Shown here piece by piece: positions 1 to 8,632 of a stretch of 64,000 nucleotides of DNA. The translations under genes and the position numbers were made by a program. Every line of letters begins with the position of its first letter. The first letter of the stretch is position 1. The notes under the pieces were generated by a model that had not been told where the DNA came from, did no database searches, and saw only the letters and a list, made by a program, of their open reading frames with translations. Source of the DNA: a bacterium (lineage in GTDB: Bacteria > Pseudomonadota > Alphaproteobacteria > Micavibrionales > UBA2020); the NCBI GenBank assembly GCA_029945425.1, contig JAQSDV010000007.1, forward strand, positions 278,325 through 342,324. The letters run 5' to 3'.

Positions 1-592
1 GCTCGAAGCGCAGGCCTTCGCCGTTGTCCCAGAACAGGGTGACGGGCGCTGCGCCGCTGCCAAGTTCGGCAGGGCTGCCGGGGGCGACCGACCACACGGT
101 CTGTTCGTTCGGCACCTTCGCGTTGCCTTCGGTCAGCCAGCCGCTGTCGATATAGGCGGGCTGCGGGGCGTCGTCTTTTCTCAACAGCGCGACATGGTCG
201 GCGGCGGGGTTGGTCTTGCAGGTTTCATCGACATGCACGCAATGCTCGTTCAGCGTCAGGTCGTCGATGCGGCCGCCGGTCGTGGGGAATGATCCGCTCA
301 CGCGCGCGCCACGGATCGGAATACGCAGGGCATTCACGGATGCGGGCACGTCGCCCTCGGGCGTTTCGCCGGCGGTTGCGGTCGGGGTGACGGCGGGCTT
401 GCCTGCGGGCGTCAGCGTCTCGACGTTCTTTTCCTGCTGCGCCTTGTCCTTGGCGGCGGCGGCGATTTTCGCCTGGCGCGGCATCTCGACAAAGAAATGG
501 AAGCCCAAAAGAATGAACAGCGAAATGACAACCGCCAGCATCATGTTGGCGCGGTCGCGGGCTGCGTTCGGGTCGTTGGGTTGGAAAGCCAT
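1..592 (-). CDS. yidC: Membrane protein insertase YidC, N-terminal part. The gene continues beyond the window start.
   Basis: My minus-strand translation from the ATG at 592-590 reads MAFQPNDPNAARDRANMMLAVVISLFILLGFHFFVEMPRQAKI, an N-terminal TM helix. It continues as a periplasmic-domain-like sequence to position 1 with no stop. It sits directly downstream of rpmH-rnpA-yidD, the conserved order. It is absent from the ORF track because it is partial. Confidence 0.8.
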   Translation of the reverse strand, partial: MAFQPNDPNAARDRANMMLAVVISLFILLGFHFFVEMPRQAKIAAAAKDKAQQEKNVETLTPAGKPAVTPTATAGETPEGDVPASVNALRIPIRGARVSGSFPTTGGRIDDLTLNEHCVHVDETCKTNPAADHVALLRKDDAPQPAYIDSGWLTEGNAKVPNEQTVWSVAPGSPAELGSGAAPVTLFWDNGEGLRFE

Positions 593-623
593 TTATATTG
601 TCCTTTAGTCTTTGTCGGAATCG

Positions 624-893
624 TCAGGGGGTTTTATCACAAGTGCCTGCATGGGAACAGATTTTATCCGGAACGGGGTCATGCCCGCCCGCATTGCCCG
701 GATGGCAGCGTAAAATGCGTTTGATCCCGAGGAAGCCGCCCGCGCCTGCCCCGTGTTTGCGGATGGCCTCGGCGGTGTAATTCGAGCAACTGGGATAAAA
801 GCGGCACTGTTTTCCCATAATGGTCGAGAAGGTGAACTGGTAGAGACGGATCAGCCCCAGCAGCGCGCGCGCGATGATCGAAGGCTGGCTCAT
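624..893 (-). CDS. yidD: Membrane protein insertion efficiency factor YidD
   Basis: The 89 aa product carries the YidD signature ([20 protein letters not shown]). It overlaps the rnpA stop by 4 nt. Confidence 0.85.
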   Translation of the reverse strand: MSQPSIIARALLGLIRLYQFTFSTIMGKQCRFYPSCSNYTAEAIRKHGAGAGGFLGIKRILRCHPGNAGGHDPVPDKICSHAGTCDKTP

Positions 894-1237
894 TCCGCCA
901 CCTTCAGCGCGATCAGCCCCTTTTCAAAATCGGCGGTCATGAGGGTGAAGTCATACGTCGTGGCGGCGGTCTTGCAGATGATCACAAGGTCAAAGCCTGC
1001 GAGCGTGCGGGATTTCAGGAGAAGGCGCACCATTTCGCGGATGCGGCGCTTGGCGCGGTTGCGCACAACAGCGTTGCCCACCTTGCGGCTGGCGGTAAGG
1101 CCAAGGCGGAAGGCGGGAGTGTCAGTTTTAAGTGCCTGCAGGATAAAAGCGGAACCGGCCCATCTTTTGCCGTTCCGCGCGATGCGCTGGAATTCCGGCG
1201 ACGCCTTGATCATCGTCACGGCGGCGCACATGGGCAA
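890..1237 (-). CDS. rnpA: Ribonuclease P protein component. The true start may be an internal Met.
   Basis: It is a basic protein with [24 protein letters not shown], typical of RnpA. It lies between rpmH and yidD. Confidence 0.85.
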   Translation of the reverse strand: MPMCAAVTMIKASPEFQRIARNGKRWAGSAFILQALKTDTPAFRLGLTASRKVGNAVVRNRAKRRIREMVRLLLKSRTLAGFDLVIICKTAATTYDFTLMTADFEKGLIALKVAE

Positions 1238-1245
1238 ATGACCGT

Positions 1246-1380
1246 TTAGGCGGACAGCTTTTTACGGCCTTTTGCACGGCGTGCTGCAACGACCTTCTGG
1301 CCGCTCTTGGTTGCCATACGGGCGCGATAGCCATGGCGGCGCTTGCGGACCAGTTTGCTGGGTTGGTAAGTACGTTTCAC
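1246..1380 (-). CDS. rpmH: 50S ribosomal protein L34 with a GTG start. It is not in the ORF track.
   Basis: Hand translation gives (V/M)[43 protein letters not shown] then a stop, 45 codons in all. This is a near-canonical L34 sequence. Confidence 0.9.
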   Translation of the reverse strand: MKRTYQPSKLVRKRRHGYRARMATKSGQKVVAARRAKGRKKLSA

Positions 1381-1562
1381 GGCAGAATCTCCATCATCTC
1401 TACATAAAATTCCAAGCTAGGTGTATATGCCCGATGGGGCAGGAATGTCAATCTCTTAAATTCCTTATGTGAAAGTGTTAACAGGTTTTCGACGTTATGG
1501 AATTATAAAACAGGCGCAAAAGTTGACAGAACTGGCGCAATACCTGATAAACAAGGTGATAT

Positions 1563-1639
1563 GCGCCCGTAGCTCAACTGGATAGAGCGTTGCCCTCCGA
1601 AGGCGAAGGTTGGGGGTTCGAATCCCTCCGGGCGCGCCA
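1563..1639 (+). tRNA. tRNA-Arg (anticodon CCG)
   Basis: A 77-nt cloverleaf. The acceptor is GCGCCCG/CGGGCGC, the anticodon stem TTGCC/GGCGA and the loop CTCCGAA. The T-loop is GGTTCGAATCC and the 3' end is an encoded GCCA. Confidence 0.9.
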
Positions 1640-1697
1640 TCCCAACCAATAGCCCTTCTACACCCTGCCCTGCTCCTGCGTATAAAGAGGAAGTGAC

Positions 1698-2228
1698 ATG
1701 GCCAAGCTCGTGTTCGGAATGAACCAGTCGCTGGACGGCTATGTCGACCATACGGGCTTCGCGCCCGGCCCGAAACTCTTCCGCCATTTCATCGATGAAG
1801 CCAAAAGCCAGACAGGCAGCATCTACGGGCGCAAAATCTACGAGATCATGCGGTATTGGGATGAAGACCATCCCGAATGGGATGCGGCGGAGCAGGATTT
1901 CGCGGCGGCATGGCGGCGCCAACCGAAATGGGTTGTCTCCCGCACACTTGATTCCGTCGGCCCCAATGCCAGGCTTGTGAAAGGCGATCTGGCGGTCGCG
2001 ATCCGGAAATTGAAACTGGAGCAGGAGGGCGAGATTGAAGTCGCGGGCCCCGACCTTGCCAGCAGCCTCACGGAACTTGGCCTGATCGATCAATACCGGA
2101 TTTACCTGCACCCTGTTGTGATGGGGCACGGCAAGCCTTACTTCGCAGGGCCGCGCCCGCCGCTCCGCCTCGTCAGCAATGACAGTATGGATGAAAATGT
2201 GATCCGGCTGGTTTACGTTCCGGCTTAA
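1698..2228 (+). CDS. Dihydrofolate reductase family protein (RibD C-terminal domain-like)
   Basis: The 176 aa product has FGMNQSLDGY near the N-terminus, EIEVAGPDLASSL, and LIDQYRIYLHPVVMG. This is the typical layout of the YyaP/RibD_C family. Confidence 0.7.
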   Translation: MAKLVFGMNQSLDGYVDHTGFAPGPKLFRHFIDEAKSQTGSIYGRKIYEIMRYWDEDHPEWDAAEQDFAAAWRRQPKWVVSRTLDSVGPNARLVKGDLAVAIRKLKLEQEGEIEVAGPDLASSLTELGLIDQYRIYLHPVVMGHGKPYFAGPRPPLRLVSNDSMDENVIRLVYVPA

Positions 2229-2241
2229 TGTTTGCGCGCCG

Positions 2242-3369
2242 TTAGCGTACGGCAGCCGCCGCCGGATGCGCGGGCTTCACGGGACGCTGGATGCCGAACA
2301 TCCATTTCCAGACCGCGTTGCTGTAAAAATACGGCGATTCACATTCATGGCCGACGCCGCGCAATTCGCTGAAAAATGTGGATTTGCCGCCCGATCCGCG
2401 GATCACCTGCGCGAGTGTGCCGATGGCGGCTGCGGGCACGACCTTGTCATTGCCGCCATGAATCATGAACAGCGGCGTTTTCGCGAGTTTCGGCGCGTCG
2501 GCGAAGCTCCATTTGCCGCCGATGGAAACACCCGCCGCGAACACACCCGCATAATGGCTGAGCGCACCCAAGACCCCGTCGCCGCCGGTGTCGCAGCCGA
2601 TGATATACATGCGGTTGTCGTCGATCGGGTGCAGCTCGGTCAGGGACGCCAGCACGATGATCGCATCGCGCAGCGACAGCGCCGCGTCGCCCGGGTGTTT
2701 CAGCTCGCCGGCCTTGGCGAATTCCTGCCCTGTGTATCGCAGCGGCGCGTCCCAGATTTTTTCCTTCGGCGACAGCGGGATCATCAAATAAGACGGATAC
2801 GCCTTTTGCACGGCGGTCGCGCGCAGCTGGATCGCCGCCTGGCTGACGCCGTCCTTGTCGTGCAAAATCACGACGATGGGCAGCTTCACGTCGTTCGGGT
2901 TGGGCGGCGCGTACCAGTAATAAAATACCTCGCGCTTGATGCCGCTATCCTCGATCAGGAATTTTTTCTTCTTGAACAGCGACGGCGTGGTGTATTGGCC
3001 CATCGGGAAATCGTTGCGCGGCGCCTCGACGCTGATGGCGCCGCTCAGGTTCGCGATCACGTTGCCGTTGCCGCCGAACAGTTTATGCCGCACCTGCGGG
3101 AACATCAGCGCGACGACGCAGCCAAGGCCGAGGATCGTGAAGATCATGATCAGCTCGCCCTTTTTCTTGGCGGCCTGTATCTCCTCGGCCGTGACCTCGT
3201 TCTGGCCGCCCGGGCCGCCGGTGCCGTCGCCCGGTTTTTTCTTGTTCTTGTCGGGTTTCTTGGTGAAGTACTGGAACATCTGCTTGAACATCTGGACCAT
3301 GGTCATGAAGATTTCGCCCATGACACGCATGAGCTCTATCGTCATCTCGATCATTACTTCCCAGAGCAT
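2242..3369 (-). CDS. Membrane-anchored alpha/beta hydrolase-fold protein with an atypical nucleophile elbow
   Basis: It has a Met-rich N-terminus, one TM helix (LIMIFTILGLGCVVALMF), then an esterase-like fold with IVVILHD, IIGCDTGGDG and MIHGGNDKVVP. It is homologous to the 47453-48367 product. Confidence 0.6.
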   Translation of the reverse strand: MLWEVMIEMTIELMRVMGEIFMTMVQMFKQMFQYFTKKPDKNKKKPGDGTGGPGGQNEVTAEEIQAAKKKGELIMIFTILGLGCVVALMFPQVRHKLFGGNGNVIANLSGAISVEAPRNDFPMGQYTTPSLFKKKKFLIEDSGIKREVFYYWYAPPNPNDVKLPIVVILHDKDGVSQAAIQLRATAVQKAYPSYLMIPLSPKEKIWDAPLRYTGQEFAKAGELKHPGDAALSLRDAIIVLASLTELHPIDDNRMYIIGCDTGGDGVLGALSHYAGVFAAGVSIGGKWSFADAPKLAKTPLFMIHGGNDKVVPAAAIGTLAQVIRGSGGKSTFFSELRGVGHECESPYFYSNAVWKWMFGIQRPVKPAHPAAAAVR

Positions 3370-3538
3370 CGCTCAAACAGTCCTTCGCGCCGTCGTTCAC
3401 CCCCGATTGTGATTGATGCATGGGGGCGGTTACAAGAAGAAGATTAACTTCCCATATCGGAAAATGCCGGGCAATCAAAAGCCGGACCCGCTTTTCTGCG
3501 GCGTCCGGCTTTGAATGGGGTATCCCCGTATTTTAGCT

Positions 3539-4153
3539 TTACCAATGCCTGACGCGGCCGGTATCCACATGCACGAAGTTCGACGACGGGTAGTAGCCCA
3601 CGCCGCCCGAGTTGAGGGTGATTGCGGCCTGACGCAGGTTTTTCAGCTGGGTGCCGGGCAGCTTGATGTCGATTGCCTGGCCGGACATGTGCAGGCTGCG
3701 GGTTGCGACGCCGTGGCTGGCGACGCGCAGCTTTGCGTTTGTCTTGGGCGAGCGGTAGCCCGAGAAAACATCGATCATGTTGGCGTTCGACAGGCGGTGC
3801 TGGAGGACATAAAGGATGTCCATCAGGCGCGGGTCGATGGGGAAACGCTCGCCGCTGCGGTGGTCGCGCATGACCGACTTGATTTCACCGAAGGCGTCGG
3901 GAAGGTAGCGGCCGCCATACCAATATTCACCACGGAATTTTTCTCCGGTATGGACGTTAGTCAGCTGAATCTCGCGTCCCACGTTTTTCAGCGCAGGACC
4001 TGTCGAGGCCATGGACAGATCAGGCATCCAGCAGCCAAGCGCGGCGGCTGCGGCGATACCCGTTTTCAAAAAAGAACGGCGATCGGCGTCAAAAGCATCA
4101 GCGGCGGAGCTGTTTTTAGCCATCAGCTCGGCAGGGTCGACAAAACGGTTCAT
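3539..4153 (-). CDS. DUF882 / peptidase M15A family protein (YcbK/MepK-like peptidoglycan peptidase) with a Tat signal
   Basis: It has a twin-arginine motif (DRRSFLKTGIAAAAALG). The C-terminal HMSGQAIDI and GGVGYYPSSNFVHVD are typical of the family. Confidence 0.7.
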   Translation of the reverse strand: MNRFVDPAELMAKNSSAADAFDADRRSFLKTGIAAAAALGCWMPDLSMASTGPALKNVGREIQLTNVHTGEKFRGEYWYGGRYLPDAFGEIKSVMRDHRSGERFPIDPRLMDILYVLQHRLSNANMIDVFSGYRSPKTNAKLRVASHGVATRSLHMSGQAIDIKLPGTQLKNLRQAAITLNSGGVGYYPSSNFVHVDTGRVRHW

Positions 4154-4393
4154 GAGTTTATCCCATGTATGGTTAATACTTCGTTCTCTTGAACAGAGGA
4201 CACCAATTTACCTAGGCTTTCAAGCAAAAAACTCAAGTTATTACATAACATTAGAATGATAACCTCAGATTGCGTGGCGAAAAAGAAATAATATTGCCGC
4301 GTTGCACCAAATTATTAAAACGGGCGTTCAGTATGCCCTTCACCACCCCCAAAAAGGCCGGATCAAGGCCGATTGAAAAGGAGGTTCACAAAG

Positions 4394-4837
4394 ATGAATA
4401 GCGAACAGAAAATAAGAAAGTTTTTTGACGAATACACGGAACGGTTCAACAACAGCCTTGCCGAGGGCGCGAAGGTGGATGCGGGTGCGGTGCGCGATTC
4501 CTTCGCCGATTATTTCGTGGAATCGAGCCCGAACGGCGTGCAGGGCAGCCGCAACAGCCTGCTGTTCGGCTTCGTCATCCCGCGCGGTTTCCGGGAATAC
4601 CGCAAGATGGGCGCGACAGGAATTACGCTTGCTGGCCTGAAACTGACGCATATCGACGACCATCACTACATGGCGCAGGCGCATTGGGATGCGGCGTATG
4701 CCACGAAAAGCGGCGGCGAGCGCGGCATCGGCTTCGACGTCGTCTATTTCCTGACGCTGCATTCGGGTGCGCCGAAGATTTTTTCCTACATCACCGGCGA
4801 CGAGAAAAAACTGTTGCGCGCGCACGGCATCGTTTAG
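4394..4837 (+). CDS. Hypothetical protein, possibly NTF2/SnoaL-like
   Basis: AAGGAGG lies 7 nt upstream of the ATG at 4394, and the composition looks globular. The antisense ORF 4340-4951 is Arg/Ala-rich and is rejected. Confidence 0.5.
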   Translation: MNSEQKIRKFFDEYTERFNNSLAEGAKVDAGAVRDSFADYFVESSPNGVQGSRNSLLFGFVIPRGFREYRKMGATGITLAGLKLTHIDDHHYMAQAHWDAAYATKSGGERGIGFDVVYFLTLHSGAPKIFSYITGDEKKLLRAHGIV

Positions 4838-4951
4838 GCATCCCGCAGGCTGTTTTAAAATAAATGTCCCGCTTTGAACGCCGCGACCTTGGCAAGGGAA
4901 CGGGTTATCCCCTATGCTGAACGCGCTGACCCCAAGGAGGCTTACAGACAC

Positions 4952-5242
4952 ATGGCCGATATCCAGATCAACTGCACAAATAAAAACGACACCTTTTCAG
5001 ACCACACCGGCATTACGCATCTGGGCGGCCCCAACGGGCGCTGGAAAAAAGAGCAGATCATTTTCTCGCTCAACGAAAGATCGAACACCTATTTCACCGT
5101 GATCGACGATATCCGCCTCGACATCAACATCTACCTGCAGGGTTACGGCGTGCATTTGCGCGCGCATGCAAACGGCGTGTGGAACGACCTGCTGCTGAAA
5201 CTTCCAAGATGCCCCGTCCCCGAAGAACGGGCGATGGCATAA
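4952..5242 (+). CDS. DUF3892-like small protein
   Basis: AGGAGG lies upstream of the ATG at 4952. ITHLGGPNGRWKKEQIIFSL, YFTV, LRAHANG and NDLLLKLPRC resemble DUF3892, from memory. Confidence 0.5.
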   Translation: MADIQINCTNKNDTFSDHTGITHLGGPNGRWKKEQIIFSLNERSNTYFTVIDDIRLDINIYLQGYGVHLRAHANGVWNDLLLKLPRCPVPEERAMA

Positions 5243-5281
5243 CGGAGTCATTCCCGCACCACCTAGGCGCCGTCAGCACGT

Positions 5282-6205
5282 TTAGCCCGCATATTTCCGG
5301 CACGTATCCGCGATATAGCCGCGATACCATTGATGCGCGGGGTCGGCGTCGCGCCGCGCATGCCAGACGGCATGCAGGTCGAATTGAGGGATCTTGAAAT
5401 CCGTTTCCAGCACGCGGAAACTGGCGTTATCCTTCAGAAATCCCACATCGTTGCGGTCGATCAGCAGCAGGTAATCCGTCTCGCGCAGCAGCTCGATTTC
5501 CGCCCAGATATCCGGCACCGACACCAGGGTCTTTTGCAGGATGCCGGCCCGCCGGAATTTTGCATCCAGCAGCGACGACGCCAGACTGGCGGTCGCCTTG
5601 ATATGCGGCGTGTCGAGATACGCATCGCGGCGGATGCGCCCCGATTTGAAATGCGGGTTTTTACCGGAGCATAAAACCACGAATTCGGTCCGAAGCAGCT
5701 TCACCGATGAAAACTGCTTGTCGAGTTTTTCCGAGACCAGGCCGATATAAATATCTGCCTGCCCCTCCTCCACATGTTTCAACGCCTCCTGCTCGCCCAG
5801 ATTGATCATATCGACCTTCAGGCGCGGGAATTTTTTGATAAGGTTCAGCGACAATTCCTCGAAAAGCATGCGCCCCTTGACGAACGGGATGACGACCGAG
5901 AATTGCGCGGCCATGGTTGCGGGATCGAACACCGCATTCTTCATCGTGGCCAGCATTTGTAACTGGTCGAGCATGCCTGACACATGCGCGCAGTAATCAT
6001 GGCAGAAGGTCGTCGGCTCCAGCCCTTGCGGCGCGCGGATGAACAGCGCGTCACCCGTCAACTCCCGCAGCTGCTTCAGGTAGACCGAAATGCTGGGCTG
6101 CGCGAGGCCGAGCCGTTCTGCGGCCAGCGTCGTTTTACGGGTTAAATACAGCGCCTCAAGCACCGACAACATTGTGACATTGATTTTGTTCAGTTCCTGC
6201 CGCAT
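5282..6205 (-). CDS. LysR-family transcriptional regulator
   Basis: It has an N-terminal wHTH (LSVLEALYLTRKTTLAAERLGLAQPSISVYLKQLRE) followed by a substrate-binding domain, 307 aa in all. Confidence 0.85.
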   Translation of the reverse strand: MRQELNKINVTMLSVLEALYLTRKTTLAAERLGLAQPSISVYLKQLRELTGDALFIRAPQGLEPTTFCHDYCAHVSGMLDQLQMLATMKNAVFDPATMAAQFSVVIPFVKGRMLFEELSLNLIKKFPRLKVDMINLGEQEALKHVEEGQADIYIGLVSEKLDKQFSSVKLLRTEFVVLCSGKNPHFKSGRIRRDAYLDTPHIKATASLASSLLDAKFRRAGILQKTLVSVPDIWAEIELLRETDYLLLIDRNDVGFLKDNASFRVLETDFKIPQFDLHAVWHARRDADPAHQWYRGYIADTCRKYAG

Positions 6206-6224
6206 ACCGCCCCCAATTCCAGAT

Positions 6225-6239
6225 ATTATATTTTATAAT
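6225..6239. promoter_or_regulatory. Candidate LysR box: ATTATA-TTT-TATAAT dyad with a T-N11-A core
   Basis: This is a perfect 6-bp inverted repeat in the divergent intergenic region, 20 bp upstream of the LysR start and 86 bp upstream of the 6325 gene. Confidence 0.3.
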
Positions 6240-6324
6240 AAATAATATTACATTTCATTATTGGATTGCATATCCATAATATGGCATCCTGTAAATTAGA
6301 GTGTAAGCAACAAGGGGAAACAGC

Positions 6325-6834
6325 ATGGCTGACGCAGATTTCAAACGACGCGTGGAAATGATCACGGCGGGCAAGGCGGATGATTTGCAGACCGTGAACA
6401 CCCTTCTGGCAGACGACACGCACCTTTCCTCTTTCAGCGTCTATCTGGGCGTGATGTCCCGCGAAAACCCTTCGGCTGTTGAAAAAAGCCTGAACCTGCC
6501 GAACCTTGACCGCTCCACCGGCGTCTTCCGCCAGATGATGTCGGTCGTGGTATCCAACGCCGCCTATCGCGGCGATAAAGAATTCGTCGAAACACTGCTG
6601 AAATATGCCCCCCTCCCTGCCGCTGCGGCGCAGGACGGGCTGAACCACATGTTCAACGCGATGGCGCGCGACGGCCGCGATGACTATTCCAGCGACGTCG
6701 CGGCAGTGCTCGTGCGCGCAGGCGCGAACGCGGCGCAGGCAGCGGCACCTGTGGAGGCGCAACTGGCCGCGCAGCAGGACGCGGCATCGGCATCGCTGTC
6801 GAAACTGGCGGCGTTTAAATCAAGCATCGGCTGA
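6325..6834 (+). CDS. Hypothetical protein with helical-repeat (ankyrin-like) character
   Basis: AAGGGGA lies upstream of the ATG. Segments such as FVETLLKY and AAVLVRAGANA resemble ankyrin repeat ends. Confidence 0.5.
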   Translation: MADADFKRRVEMITAGKADDLQTVNTLLADDTHLSSFSVYLGVMSRENPSAVEKSLNLPNLDRSTGVFRQMMSVVVSNAAYRGDKEFVETLLKYAPLPAAAAQDGLNHMFNAMARDGRDDYSSDVAAVLVRAGANAAQAAAPVEAQLAAQQDAASASLSKLAAFKSSIG

Positions 6835-6853
6835 CAGGAAAGGGAAAAACAAA

Positions 6854-7240
6854 ATGACCGAGTTATTCCTCCATCCGCGAAGCCACATGGCAAGAGTCGC
6901 CAAAATCGCAGATAATTTTCTTCACGCGACAGGTGTTTTTCAAAAACCGACGCGCCTCGGGGAAAGACTCGCCGAAGCCCTGACAGATGAAGACCGCGCG
7001 GAACTTCCGCTGCTTATAAATGAGTCTGTCTGGAACAGGCAGATCGGAAGATATGATGTCGCCGGTAAGCAACTGGTGCAAATCGCGGAAAAATTTGCGG
7101 TCGCAGCGGATCGGCTTAACCTCCTTGGCGAAGCGTCAAAACACGTCGAGCCCTGGGGAACGAACGCCAGTACGGCAGAGGCGCTGAAGCAACTGGCGAT
7201 GCCCTCTTTTGCAAAACTTGTCATGATCGCGCGTTGGTGA
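6854..7240 (+). CDS. Hypothetical protein
   Basis: The ATG at 6854 follows the stop of the upstream gene by 20 nt. The part of the track ORF upstream of it is Arg-rich read-through. Confidence 0.45.
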   Translation: MTELFLHPRSHMARVAKIADNFLHATGVFQKPTRLGERLAEALTDEDRAELPLLINESVWNRQIGRYDVAGKQLVQIAEKFAVAADRLNLLGEASKHVEPWGTNASTAEALKQLAMPSFAKLVMIARW

Positions 7241-7271
7241 TTTATCGGCGGCTGCGACCGCACAGGGTCGT

Positions 7272-8081
7272 TTACGGCGTCGGCGGCAGGTATGGCGGCT
7301 TGTTCAGCTTGGGGTTTTTCAGCGCGTCGAGTTCTTCGGTCAGCGCCGTGACCTTCGCCTGCAGATCGCGGATGGCGAACATTTCTTCTTTTACTTCTTC
7401 GAGGAGGGCGCGGTTGCCGCGGAAGCCCTCTTTTTTCGCGCCTTCGATCGCCGCGTCGATATCCGCGCCGTGACGCTCGACCAGATAGCGCACGACCTGT
7501 TTCTTGTCGCGGGATGCCGCTTCGCGCAAGGCCCATTGCAGGTTTTTCGGCGGCGCGCCGATCGCCTCCACCAGCACGGTATAGGCGCGCATCGCGCCAT
7601 ATTGCAGCGCGGTCTCGGCCAAGCGTTCCGGGTTCTTGATCTTGTCGATGCCGCCCTCGATCAGCCTTTCCACCAGCATCGCCTTGCGGCCGTCATCGAT
7701 GCCTGAATTCAAAACGGACGAAATGATATGCGACCATCCGTCCGCCCTGTTGAAATCGATGCCGGCATCGAGGAAATGCTCGAACGTATCGTACCGCTTG
7801 TCGTTGATGGCGTTGCGGAAATGTTTTTCAAGGAAGCTGTCGCGCGCGTCGCGGGTTTCGAACCCCCAGCGCGTCCAGTCCTCGTCACTTGCTTCCTTCG
7901 TGAAAAACTTGATCGTTTCTGACTGCATGTTCCACTTGTCGTAGCGGTCATAGCTTTTGCCGACATCCTCCAGCGCCTTGAAAATGCGGTTGTCTTCATA
8001 GCCCAGCCATTCGCGCAGGCGTTCGACATTGTTGTCGCGCGCGGCACGGACGAATTCATAGGTGTCGCCGACATATCTCAT
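7272..8081 (-). CDS. Ankyrin-like paralogue with a C-terminal coiled coil and Pro-rich tail (family member 3 of 3)
   Basis: It shares LIEGGIDKIKNPERLAETAL and VVRYLVERHGADIDAAI with the two upstream genes. Its start overlaps the upstream stop as ATGA. Confidence 0.6.
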   Translation of the reverse strand: MRYVGDTYEFVRAARDNNVERLREWLGYEDNRIFKALEDVGKSYDRYDKWNMQSETIKFFTKEASDEDWTRWGFETRDARDSFLEKHFRNAINDKRYDTFEHFLDAGIDFNRADGWSHIISSVLNSGIDDGRKAMLVERLIEGGIDKIKNPERLAETALQYGAMRAYTVLVEAIGAPPKNLQWALREAASRDKKQVVRYLVERHGADIDAAIEGAKKEGFRGNRALLEEVKEEMFAIRDLQAKVTALTEELDALKNPKLNKPPYLPPTP

Positions 8082-8632
8082 CTGAATTCGCGCTCCGGCT
8101 GGAGGATTCTCGGCCGCTCCGGCGTGTGCTGCAGCCCTTTCAGCGCGAAAAAGGACACCACGTCGCGCAAGCCGCGGTTCAAGGCAAAGGCGACGGCACG
8201 CTCGGGAAACGTCATTTTATCGTGCCCGTTTTCCAGCATCTGCGACAGGTAACGCAGGCGGTCGGTATCCGCAATCGGCGACAGGACCACGCGCAGCATC
8301 GCCTCGGTGCCGTCCCAGCCGTTGAAATACGGCTTTTCCTTGCGGATAATGACGTCGAGCGCGGGAATGTTGTTCGCCTCCAGCAGCTTTGTCATCACAT
8401 GCAGAAACGGCGTGACGTCGCCGTTGTTATACTGGTGGGCAGCGCCCTTCGCTCCCGTCAGCACGGCAGCCATCTGCGGCGACATGGCGGCGGCAATTTT
8501 TTTATCGAGCAAATTCCACAGCCTGTAAGCCGCAACATCACGCACCAGCCGGTCGGCCGCCAGCACATCGTCTTTCACGATCGCGTCGCGCAGCTTGCCC
8601 GCATTGCTCTGGAAAACGCCCTTCATGGTCAT
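8078..8632 (-). CDS. Ankyrin-like paralogue, short form (member 2 of 3)
   Basis: Its FQSNAGKLRDAIVKDDV and MLENGHDKMTFPERAVAFAL align with member 1. It has ATGA overlaps at both ends. Confidence 0.6.
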   Translation of the reverse strand: MTMKGVFQSNAGKLRDAIVKDDVLAADRLVRDVAAYRLWNLLDKKIAAAMSPQMAAVLTGAKGAAHQYNNGDVTPFLHVMTKLLEANNIPALDVIIRKEKPYFNGWDGTEAMLRVVLSPIADTDRLRYLSQMLENGHDKMTFPERAVAFALNRGLRDVVSFFALKGLQHTPERPRILQPEREFR

